DNA of 64,000 nt. Origin: Candidatus Marinacidobacterales bacterium (lineage in GTDB: Bacteria > Acidobacteriota > Vicinamibacteria > Marinacidobacterales > DATDRI01). The position numbers and the translations under genes were made by a program. Below the pieces are notes generated by a model. It did not search any database. It was not told the origin of the DNA and was given only the letters and a program-made list of their open reading frames with translations. The DNA lies in NCBI GenBank assembly GCA_965219415.1, contig OZ244742.1:1248001-1312000 (forward strand), written 5' to 3'. Positions 1 to 10,115 of the stretch are shown piece by piece. The first letter of the stretch is position 1. The number at the start of each line of letters is the position of its first letter.

Positions 1-1069
1 CGGCGTGTACCGCCCCAGGGCCATGATCGTCGCGACGAACCCGAGAAGCACCCAGAAACGACACCAACGGTCTCGACGACTTGCGCAGAATCCGAGGATC
101 GCGAGCGCGACCGCACCCAAGCCGAAGTACATCGACGTGAAGAGCGGTGGGTACCCGCCGTTCAAGGCGCGGAGCCAAAGGTTGGGTTGGCCCGCCGGGG
201 GAAAGCGTTCTCCGAAGACGGGCCACGCTATGGTCTCAGTAAGTGCCAATGGATGAAGAGCAAGGAGCTCACCGAGTTCCTGTTGCGCACGAGCCGAACG
301 GCTGGTGGCTTCGAAGAGCGGCAACAGCTGCACCGCAACCAACAGGCCGCCCAAGCCAACCGCGACGAGAGCCAAGCCGAGGCGTTTGCTTAGACGGGGT
401 CGCTCTCGGCCTCCCGCCGCAAATACCACGTAGGCGAGGGCGACCGCGCCGGTCACCGCGGCAGTCAGTGGTTCTCCGGCCAGGATCTGAATCCCTTGGA
501 GCACGCTCCAAGCTGCAAACCGCACGCCACGAGGGCGCTCGTGCGAGAGCATCCGCGGCCCAGAGAATCCAAGGCACTAGGGCGAGCGACCAGGAGAGGT
601 TGAGCGAGCTTGCGGTGGAAACAACGGGACCGGCTAGTGAGAAAATACTCGCCGCGAAGGACGCCCCCACCAACGAAAGGTGGCGCCGAAAAAAGAAAAA
701 CGCACCCGACCCGGCCAAGACGATCGGCAGCAGAACCAAGAAGTTGAACCCGAGCACCGGGGGCAGGAGCAAGCGGATTGGGAGCGTCGGGAAGAACAGA
801 ATCTGACGCACCGGATCCGCAATCGCCGATTGTCCGAACGCTACATACGGGTCCCACAGTGGTAGCTCACCGGAAAGGAGAGACCCGCGCAGCCACAAAT
901 GCTCGGGCCAGTAGAAGAACGAGAGAGCCCGATCGAAAAAGAGGCGCGAGGTGCTCAGTCCCTGGCTCATCACCAACAGGGCACCAAGCGTCGGCGGTAG
1001 AGCCCAAACCCATTCGCGGCAAGAGCTAGTCTTGATCATACGGGAAAAACTGTAGGGGAGAGGAAACAC
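1..1069 (-). CDS. YfhO-like (GT-C-type) polytopic membrane protein; frameshift near 505; runs off the window start
   Basis: ORF 269-1069 has ELPLWDPYVAFGQSAIADP and several TM segments. After a shift near 505 another frame reads QILAGEP...VQLLPLFE...SMYFG...ALGRYTP to position 1, which are motifs typical of YfhO-like proteins. Confidence 0.7.
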
Positions 1070-1577
1070 ATGATTGTACCGCCCGGTTGGAGAGTGCGCA
1101 ACCGTTCAGGAGAACGACTTGGCCGCGAGAACGGTGACTAAATCCGCAAGCTACAGCATCGGGGCGTTCGACACGTCGCGTGCGAAATCTCACACTTGAG
1201 GCGCGCTCTACCGCAACACACGCATGTCCCTACCCTCCATCTTTTCGGGAAGGCGTAGGCCAGGAGATATCTCCAGCCCCGAGTACTTGAGGCGCGCACT
1301 CAACACCGACTTCTCATTCCTCTTCTGGTTGAAGGAGAACGGCTACGAAACAGTCGCCTATACGCCGGACATGTACGAGTTCGACCTAGAGCTCTTCGAT
1401 CACGTGACCTTCCACAAGCAGAACCCGGGTGCCGAGGCTCTGGTCGAAATGAACATGGCCACTTTCCAAAGGTTGTGGGTATGGAGCAATTCCCCACGAT
1501 TGTTGACGAGGATGCTCTTGGGCACCAAGTGGTTCATCGAGTTCGGCGGAGAGAATTTGCGGTTGGTTAAGAACAGA

Positions 1578-2961
1578 GGGTTTACGCGGATTCGTGTGGG
1601 TAAGTTCTGACGGGAAAACAGTGTAACTCATTGTGTGGAAAAGGTATCGAGTACTTCATCAGGTGCTGAAAAGTGGTCCATTTTTAGGATAGGCTAACCG
1701 AGTGAAAAATTCCCAGTCGATCCGCTCGCTGTTCGCGCTGCCAGGTTTCGTGGTTGGTGCCGGATTGAAGGGTCTATTCGGTGACCGATACGCCCGTGTC
1801 ATCCAGCTCAAGAGGCGAAAAAAACAGCTGTGTGCTCTTACTGTGGGCAACGGTGCCGGGGGCGCTATGACAAGCAAGTGTGCCGGGTCCGCGACCTGTC
1901 GTTGGCAGGCTGGCGGATCTATCTGGAATACGAGCGTTGGCGCGTCAACTGTTCTGGGTGCGGCGGTGTGCATGTAGAACACCTAGACTGGCTGGCGAAC
2001 AACTCGCGCTACACCCAGCGTTTTGCGACGCATGTGGGCAAGCTGCGCCGGGATATGCCGAACAAGGCGGTGGCCGAGATGGAACGTCTGCACCACGGTA
2101 CGGTGAAGGCTCTGGATACGCTCTACATGCAAGAGCAGGTCGACCGGGCGGGGCTACCGGCGCCTCGGGCCATCGGTGTCGATGAGATCTCCATCCGCAA
2201 GGGACATAACTATCGCGTCATTGTCAGCGACCTGGAGCGGGCGCGTCCCATCTGGGTGGGCGGTGAGGGTCGCAAAGAAACCGACATCGATTTGTTCTTC
2301 AAGGCGCTGGGCGGAAAGAAAAGCGCCCGTATCAAGCTGGCCGCCATGGATATGTGGAAGCCCTTCCGGAACTCGGTGATTCACAACGCGCCTAATGCGC
2401 GGATCATCTTCGACAAGTTTCATATCATGCGTCATCTGTCAAAGGCCCTCGATGAGGTCCGGCGCGGTGAGTACAAACGCCTCAGCGGCAAGGACCGGTC
2501 GTACATCAAGGGGCAGCGTTACACTTTGCTTTCCCGGCGGGAGAACCTGAGCCTAGACGGTCGCCGCGCACTCAAAAAGTTGCTCCAGGCCAACCGGCGC
2601 CTGAACACCGCCTATATTTTGAAGGAGATCTTCGGGCAACTCTGGGATTACCGCACCGAACGCGGCGCTCGCGCCTTTTTCACTCGTTGGAAAGACAGCC
2701 TCAAATGGCAACGCCTGCATCCGTACCAGAAGTTCGCCGGTATGATTGAGTCCCATTGGGATGGTATCGCCTCCTACTGTCATCCGGAGAACAAAGTCAG
2801 TCTCGGCCTAGTTGAAGGGGTCAACAACAAAATCCGTGTTCTGCAACGACGCGCCTACGGCTATCGCGACGAGGAATATCTCAAGCTGAAGATCGTGGCG
2901 GCTTTCCTTCCGCCATTACCCAGAAATGCAGTTTTCAACCCACACGAATCCGCGTAGACCC
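1578..2961 (+). mobile_element. ISL3-family insertion sequence, copy A
   Basis: 24-bp terminal IRs GGGTTTACGCGGATTCGTGTGGGT / ACCCACACGAATCCGCGTAGACCC (1 mismatch); 8-bp TSD AGAACAGA at 1570-1577 and 2962-2969; near-identical copy at 48849-50233. Confidence 0.95.
1702..2957 (+). CDS. ISL3 transposase (zinc finger + DDE), probably joined by a -1 frameshift at A7 1818-1824
   Basis: ORF 1702-1977 overlaps ORF 1830-2957 in the -1 frame. Motifs are CSYC/CSGC, IGVDE, MDMW, FDKFH and EGVNNKIRVLQRRAYGY. Confidence 0.9.
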
Positions 2962-3490
2962 AGAACAGAAACTTCCTACCCTTTTCGGTTCCGATAACAT
3001 CCTATCTGAGTTTCTTGAACGTCCTGAAGCAAGAGGCCGAGCTCCCTGCCACAGGCCGTTATACGTTGATCCACGCCGTGCTCCCGCACACTCCGGAAGT
3101 GCTCGCCGCCGACTGCTCGTACGATGTGAGGGGCAGCGAGACGACGCAAGTGGAGCAAGCCGGCTGTACGACGAAGCTATTGGTGGACTTCGTAGAGCGA
3201 CTGAAGGAACTGGGACGATTCGACAACTCGCTGGTTATCGCTCACGCCGATCACGGGGTGTACGCGCCAGAGAGCAGTGCCGAGAACCCGGCGGAGAGGG
3301 TCTCGATGCGCGCACTGCTCCTGATCAAACCGATCGGCGGTCGCGGCGAACTAGCTGTCTCAGATGTGAAGAGCACCGTCATCGACATCGCACCTACTCT
3401 CTTACGCGCGCTCGCGGTCGAGAACCAGCTCCAAATGGAGGGCAAACCGTTGTTGGACGCGATGCCCGGCAACCGACTCGTAACGATGGA

Positions 3491-4225
3491 TTGACTCCGT
3501 TGGGACTTCGAAGGGGGCTCTCACCGTTTGCCCTGCTCGTGGTCTTGGCTCTCAACGGGTGCCAATCCGGTCCGCGAGATCGAGGAAAACCCAAAGACCC
3601 GGCCGGAGCTACTTCCCCGAAGCGCCCGGTCATCGGCGTCGGGTTGATTCTCGACACCGACCCGGGAGTCACCTACAAAGCTTACCAGCCCTTGATGGAT
3701 CATCTAACCTCCCACGCGCCGTTCTCATTTCAGATCCGGCTAGGAAGGACCTCGGAAGATCTGCTGAGATCGCTGGAAGAAAGAATGGCCGAGCTCGCTC
3801 CACTCGGGACGATCAGCTATCTCGAAGCTCACAAGCAGTTCGGAGCGGTGCCTCTGGTGAAGCCGCTGAATCGAAGCGGTGAGCCGCTGTCCCGAAGCGT
3901 CTTGATCACGCGAGAAGACAGCAATCTACGTTCCCTCGGCCAGCTAAAGGGCGGCTCGCTCGTTCTCGGATCGCACCACTCAACATTCGGCAACCTCATC
4001 CCTCGCCACGAGCTGATGCGTGCGGGCATCGATCCCGATGACCTAGCGAGCATCGAGCACGTGGACAGCGACGACGAGGTCGTGGCCGCCGTTTTGGAGG
4101 GCCGATTCGATGCCGGCGCGGTAGCGGATCTGGTAGCCCACGCCGCCGAAGGGGTTCGGGGGTTCGGATTTTTCATACCTCCGAGCCCTTTCCTAGCGCT
4201 CCGCTGGTGATCCGCGACGACCTCC
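3491..4225 (+). pseudogene. PhnD/SsuA-like phosphate/phosphonate substrate-binding lipoprotein copy 1; frameshift near 4145 and C-terminal truncation
   Basis: Lipoprotein-like signal (LALNGC), YQPLMDHL, GSHHSTFGNLIP and VLEGRFDAGAV. A second frame continues IFHTSEPFPSAPLVIRDDL and then homology to copy 2 stops. Confidence 0.75.
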
Positions 4226-4304
4226 GGGCAGTAGCATGAGCTCGAAGAGCGGTGCCGCGAAGGCAATGCGAATGCTCCTCGCATTCATGTCTTTGGTCCC
4301 GACT

Positions 4305-5297
4305 CCACTTACCATATCGTTCTCGATGGTTTCCAAACGGATGTTTTCGAGCTCGTTCGTTCCAGCGAGACAGAAAAGGCGTTGCGCGGCTTTACCTACT
4401 TCCCCAACAACACCGCCATCTACCACCTGACGGCGACCTCCCTTGCCTCGACCTTTGGCAGTTCACGCTACGACTATCGGAGAACTCGATCCGAGTACCT
4501 CTATGAAGCTCTGAACGGAAAGGACTCTCTCATCCAGCGGTTGAAGGACCGCGGCTACACCGCGGAGGTGTACATCCCAGCACGTCAAGAAACGCGGTTC
4601 AAGATTCCGGACTACGTGTTTAGCCACGCCGACTATGCCCGCGCCGACCTGTTGGTGATGAACACTTCATCGTTCGCTAGGCTGTGGCTATACAGCCAAG
4701 TTCCCCGAGCCTTGAGAATGCGCTTCTCCTCCGCCGCTCTCGATCCAGTCGACTTGAAGCGTCTGGAAGAAGGCCGGTTCCTCCCTTACTCCGGCCGTAT
4801 CGGCCCTGGGCTTCAGTAAATTGATGAAGGAGGAAGAAAGACTGCCGGCTTCGGGTCGGTACAGCTTTACTCACTTGCTCATGCCGCACCCACCGTACGT
4901 GCTGCGGCCCGACTGTTCCTATGAGCCATCGGGAGCGAAGACGGACATGTTGGCCCAAACGCAGTGCACTATGGAGCTACTCTTTGATTTCCTAGGCGTC
5001 CTACAAACGCTAGGGCGCTTCGAGGACAGCCTGATCTTGGTACACGGTGATCACGGAGGACACTACCGGATGAGAGACGGGAAGTTGATCGACTACCGCT
5101 CCCGGTCCTTGAGATCGCTGTTGCTGGTCAAACCTGTCGGGCGGGGCCAGGAGGACCGGTTCGAGGTGTCGCCACGGAAGTCGTCGCTGCTCGATATCGC
5201 ACCGACCATCTTGGACTGTGTCGGTATCGACGTCTCCCGAGAGTTTGACGCTTTCGAGGGAAACTCCCTCAGCGACGCGGTACCTTGCTCCGACTGA
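4305..5297 (+). pseudogene. Sulfatase-like (AlkP superfamily) protein copy 2; N-terminus missing, frameshift near 4795
   Basis: The frame of ORF 4382 extends upstream as YHIVLDGFQTDVF (paralog: YHLIFDAYQTDLF). ORF 4821-5297 has HLLMPHPPY, HGDHG and DIAPTIL. Confidence 0.75.
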
Positions 5298-5361
5298 GAA
5301 TCGAGGGAGAATTAGTATTAACCAATTTAAACACAAAAGGTTAGATGCCGTCGCCTCTCCC

Positions 5362-5390
5362 TTGACACTGGCAAACCCGCATGGCATCCT
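5362..5390 (+). promoter_or_regulatory. Putative sigma-70 promoter for PhnD-like copy 2
   Basis: TTGACA-17 bp-CATCCT with TG before the -10 and an AT-rich upstream stretch. Confidence 0.4.
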
Positions 5391-5862
5391 AACTGATACC
5401 AACTGACATCGGCGCTTTCGGCTTCGCCGTCTAACGCAATCTTGAGTCCCGATTCTCCACGACCCTTTTCCCAAACGGCCGGGCGAGTACCGGAAGGCTA
5501 TTATTAACCTTGATGACGTATCTGCGCTCCTCCCTGATCCTGTTGCTCGCCCCGGCGATGCTCGTCCTTCCCGTTACGGGCTGCCATCAAGGGAGCGGAA
5601 ACAGAGAGGAGGCGCCGCCGGCAGAGCCGGAGCAGAATATCTCGTCGCTCGATGGCGACCGCTCATCATGTTGTCCTTCATGGAGCCGATAGACAGCGTC
5701 CTTTCGACGAAAGCGCATCAGCCTCTCGTGGACTATCTCACCGCACAAACCCCTTTTCGCTATCGGGCCATTTTCAGCAGCGAGTCCGAGAGGAACGTCG
5801 GCTTCCTCGAGGAACGACTGGTCGAAATTTCACACCTGAGAGTCGTAAGTTACCTGGAGGCA

Positions 5863-7300
5863 GAGTCAAGCCCATTCTTAGTTGAAACTCTCCACGGCTC
5901 ACGTTTAAGCGACCTTCTTCTTCGATACGGTTGATGTCTTCGCCTCGATCTTCAGTTCCCGCTTGAGAGCTTCGCGAAGCTTGGGAAGATGGCGGTAGCC
6001 ACCACCACCTTCCTCAAGCGCGGTTCGATGTCTACGAGCGCCGTTGCCAACCAGCGCTGGCGTTGGCTCGAGTTCTTCCAGTGGTCGACCTTCGCGCAGC
6101 GTTCCTCGACGAGAGCATTGACGGACTCAAGGCAGTTCGTCGTCTTGAACGAACGGCCCAGCACCGCGTGCACGCCGAGTCGATGCAACGTCAGCGTCTC
6201 CTCGAGGCCTTCCTCCAGGCTGCCAGCTGCGGATTGGTTCCGCTCTTCTAACTCACCGTGGAGTTGCTCGAGCGCAGTGAGGGCCTCTTCGTACTCCGGC
6301 CTGTTGTAGGCCCACTGGAGCCGCTTGCGCCATGACGCCTGCTCGCCCTTGGACAGGTAGCTCACTACGTTTTCACGTTTGTTGCCACTGGCAGCGTTGT
6401 ATCAGGGCCCGCTTACGGAATGCCTTCTTGACTGCCGCTTGGAGACCCTTGCCGCCGTCGATGATCACCAGCAGACCCTGGGAGATATCGAGTCCCCGCT
6501 CGAGCAGTGAACGCAGGAACGGCGTCAACACCTGCGCGTTCTCCGTGTCCGTCTCCACGAAGCCCAAGAAGCGTTTTTCCCCGCAAAGCGTGATGCCCAG
6601 AGCCACGACCATCGTTGCCTCGGCGAATGTCTTCCCATCCAGAAACAGCGCCACCACATCCTCGCCGGTCAGATCCCGTTCCTGCATCTCCCGCAGCTTC
6701 GCAGCGCTCGCTTGCACGAACCCTCGGGACACCGTTGAGCTCGACAGCCCGATGGCGCCCGGAATCGCTTCCGCTGCCGCCTCGTAGTTGCGACAAGAGA
6801 TTCCGTAGAGAACTCGTTTCAGCAGAAGATCATTCACCTCACCGCCGTGGCTCACCGCCTCGTAGCAGCGAAGCGGAATCTCTCCTCCCTCGATGCTCCG
6901 AACCCGTGGCACACGGATCGGTACCCGCTGGCCGCCAAGCCCTACCGTGCCCGGGTTGCTTCCGGGACGGCGACCGCGCTCCAGCTCGTCCTTGCGAGAG
7001 TATCGCTCTCCCGCCAACGCCTTCACTTCGTCGTCGAGCAACTCGTGAACGTGCATTAGACCAAGGGGGACCAACCAACGGATCATCTCTACCTTGGCGT
7101 CCAGCACGAGTTCCCCGTAATCCTCGTGCCTCACCATCTCGACCTCACCCAAACGACGCGACTTCTTGCGTTTCTTGACCGAACGTAGCAGACTTCCCAT
7201 CTCGGCTCCTTTCTTCGCGGCTTGATTTTGTTTTGTCCAACGCCATCAAACCACGGGGTTTGGAGCCGTTTCAATTCCCAACTAAGATTGGCACACTTTC
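5863..7300 (-). mobile_element. IS256-family insertion sequence
   Basis: 8-bp TSD TGGAGGCA at 5855-5862 and 7301-7308. Imperfect terminal IRs share CCA-TCTTAGTTG (GAGTCAAGCCCATTCTTAGTTG vs GAAAGTGTGCCAATCTTAGTTG). Confidence 0.88.
5952..7200 (-). pseudogene. IS256/Mutator transposase, frameshifted near 6385
   Basis: LFLDG, IIDGGKGL, QRCQW then (shifted) KRENVVSYL, and TTNCLESVN are IS256 DDE motifs. Confidence 0.85.
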
Positions 7301-7918
7301 TGGAGGCACGCGACCAGTTCGGAGCGGTGCCGATAGTAAAACCTCTGAACCGCGACGGTGAACCGATCTCGCGGAGCGTCTTGATCACGCGAGAGGACAC
7401 CGATATCGATACACTCACGGATCTGAGAGGACGGTCTTTGGCACTGGGATCGTTTCATTCCACGTTGAGCAACCTCGTACCGCGCTACGAGCTCATCCAA
7501 GCGGGAGTCGATCCTAAAGATCTCGAATCCATGGAGCGTCTGGCCAACGACGATGAGGTGGCGAAAGCCGTTTTGGCCGGTCGGTTCGACGCCGGGGCGG
7601 TGGAGGACATCGTCGCCGAGCGTTACAGCCAGAAAGGGCTTAGAGCTTTCCACGTTTCCGGTCCGATTCCGAAAGGCCCGCTGGCCATTCGCGACGACCT
7701 TCCTCGGCGAGTCGAATCGGCGATTCGCGACGCTCTCCTGAAGTTGAACCCCAAAGGGGCAGAAAGCCGACAGGATTGGGCCGAGGAGATCCGATACGGT
7801 TTCCAACCCGCGGTGGACTCCGACTACGAACCCATTCGAAAAATTCTGAACACCGCACCTACCGGATGTCGTGAATCATGTCACGGAAGCTCTTGAAGTG
7901 AGGTTAGAAGGGAGCGCT

Positions 7919-9864
7919 TTGCGTCACTCTATCACCCTTGCCCTATCCCTCCTGCCCACTCCCCTGCTGGTATTTGTCTCATCCTCGAGCGCCATTTACC
8001 TGAAGAATCAAAGTCTATTGCAGTACCAGTACCAAGTGCTGACTCCGTTCGCCAAGTTTGCCTTCGTGACCCTGTTGGTTGGGATCGCGCTGGCGGTCTT
8101 GTCCAAGTACCGTCGCCTTTTTCAATATGGTTTGTGGGTCTACTACTTGGCCGGCCCCGTTTTCCTACTCTTCGGTTTCTTCCGGCCTCTCCAGGCAGAG
8201 TTGCCGGGCCTGGACGTGCTCTACCAAACGATGGCGGGGCTTGCTTTCTGGCCGGCTCTACTCGTCGTCGCGACCATCGTCCTGACAAGGCGGTTGAGAA
8301 CTCAGTCGCGGGCCACCATGACGAGGGCCTTCGCGGTATTCGGTCTCGCTTTGTTCGTCTATGAAGCGGGCGGCTTGCTCTATCACGTGTCCTCCTCCGT
8401 GCCCGGCCCCCCGCTAATGTCCTCGAGGGTCGGCAACGGGCAGGCAAGGGAAACTCTTTACCCAACGTGTACCACCTCATCTTCGATGCGTATCAGACCG
8501 ATCTGTTCGACCACACCTTGTCCCCTAGAGCGAAGGAATCGTTAGGAGGATTCTCCTACTTTCCCAGCACGACAGCCATATCCGCATACACGCCCATCTC
8601 CCTGGCCTCGATCTTCTCCGGCCGACAGTATTTCTATGACCAAGCCCGCGGCGACTACATCACTCAGGCGTTCAGCTCCGAGAAATCGCTTCTCTATTGG
8701 CTCAAGTCGCACAAGTACGAGATCGTGGGGTACGGGACGAACACCTGGCGCCGTCGTGATCACTTCTTCGATCGGATGGTCACCCATGGAGACGCGGCGC
8801 GGGACGACCTCCTGGCACTCAATACCGAAGCCTTTCGGGACCTCTGGCTCTTCAGTAACATTCCCGTCCCTTTGAAGCCCGCCGTCATGCGGACCACCTT
8901 GTTCGCTCAGCTCGACGAAAAGGACCTGAAGCTACTGGAAAACGGGAGATTGTTACCGTACTCGGCACCGGTGACGTCTTACATCGGCTTCAGGAAGATG
9001 ATGGCCGACGAAGAGAGCCTCTCGCCCACCGGGCGATACACCCTCGTGCACGTCGTGATTCCTCATCATCCTCACAAGTTGGGCGCGGATTGCACCTACA
9101 CCCTGGGTTCGACGAGAACCGGGGTCATCGAGCAATCCGAATGCGCGCTCAAGATGGTCTTGGAGTTCATCGATCATCTCGAGAATCTGGGCCGCTTCGA
9201 CGATTCTTTGATACTCATCCACGGCGACCACGGCGGTCCGTATCGCACCAAGAACGGCGAATTGGCAACCGAGGCCCGGTCCCGTTCCTTGAGCACCGTC
9301 TTGCTCATCAAACCGATGGGGCAGGCGAGGACCGGTAGGCTCCAAGTCTTGGACTCGGAATTGAGCCTCATGGACGTTCCCTCCGTTGTGATTGGTTCAG
9401 TCGCCGAAGCGGCGTTAAGCGAGCCGCGAACAGTCCCTTGGGACTTGAACCAAAGATTCGTCCCTCTCGTTGAAGGTGAGCTCTTCGAATCGGCGCAACT
9501 GATTTTGAAACGGCAAGGATTCTCGCTCGGCGAGGTGAAAGAGATCGCTAACGAGAGCTACCCGGCGGGTACCGTCATCTCGCAGGATCCTCCCGCCTAC
9601 CAAGAAGGCCCGAACCCCGAAGCCATCAAGATCGTCCTCTCCACTGGCCATCCGGGCGGTGCGGATATCATGCCCGACTTCGTGGGCCGCGACATCACCG
9701 AAGTGAGCGATTGGCTGAAACAAAAAAGTCTCCCCGCTTCGAGCATCCGCCACGTCGTCCATGCGTGAGCTCCCGAAGGAATGGTGGTGAGGCAGACCCC
9801 TCGTGCCGGGGCGGAAACCAAAGGCAGTGGTAAGATTGCGTTCTACGTGAGTAAGGGCAGATAG
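7919..9864 (+). CDS. Membrane-anchored sulfatase-like (AlkP superfamily) transferase/hydrolase with C-terminal PASTA repeats (frameshifts near 8460 and 9765)
   Basis: Multi-TM N-terminus (ORF 7871-8545); catalytic domain PNVYHLIFDAY...YTPISLASIFSG...HVVIPHHP...HGDHG. PASTA-like VPLVEG...YPAGTVISQDPP...IVLSTG and MPDFVGRDITEV...PEGMVVRQTPRAG...FYVSKG (last part in a shifted frame, stop at 9862-9864). Confidence 0.75.
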
Positions 9865-9937
9865 AGAGCCCTGAGCCCGAGCGGAGCGCGAACGCAGCCC
9901 TGAGCGAGCGCGGAGTCGCCTGCCGACGAAGCGCTTC

Positions 9938-10065
9938 CCGTTGGGGGTGGGGCCCCAACGGATTGAATGCAGTGAGTCGCGGAGCGAGCAGCGAGTGGGG
10001 GGAGCCTTCAGCCGTCGCGCAGGCACCGGTTGCCGAAGCGACGAGCACGGGGTGGGGCTCCGTGC
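9938..10065. repeat. REP-like hairpins with GGGGTGGGGC(C/T)CC core
   Basis: CCGTTGGGGGTGGGGCCCCAACGG (9938-9961) and GCACGGGGTGGGGCTCCGTGC (10045-10065); the same core occurs at 63503-63520. Confidence 0.55.
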
Positions 10066-10115
10066 GACTGAGAGATTGCGTCCCCACGAGCGCTAATGGA
10101 TGCCCTGGCGGGCGG

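Larger units (their letters stand above)
1200..3494 (+). pseudogene. Sulfatase-like (alkaline phosphatase superfamily) hydrolase/transferase copy 1; 5' truncated and split by ISL3
   Basis: ORFs 1224-1577 and 2970-3494 are in the same frame. Removing the IS and one TSD gives ...LVKNR|NFLPFSVPITSYLSF..., which aligns with the paralog at 8467-9768. Motifs are TRMSLPSIFSG, HAVLPHTP and HADHG. Confidence 0.8.
5510..7896 (+). pseudogene. PhnD-like substrate-binding lipoprotein copy 2, split by IS256 (plus a frameshift near 5645)
   Basis: Signal peptide with VTGC and HQPLVDYL. Removing the IS gives SYLEA|RDQFGAVPIVKPLN, matching copy 1 (SYLEAHKQFGAVPLVKPLN). The C-terminus has GFQPAVDSDYEPIR. Confidence 0.8.

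Noticed and set aside
5368-5420. c-di-GMP-I riboswitch suggested by GGCAAACCC
   Set aside because: The GAAA loop and downstream GCAAA elements are missing, and the motif falls inside a promoter spacer.
3491-7896. A phosphonate ABC uptake (phnCDE) operon
   Set aside because: No ATPase or permease genes lie next to the binding proteins.
1200-9768. Calling the three enzymes true sulfatases
   Set aside because: They lack the C/S-x-P-x-R formylglycine motif and have Thr at that position.
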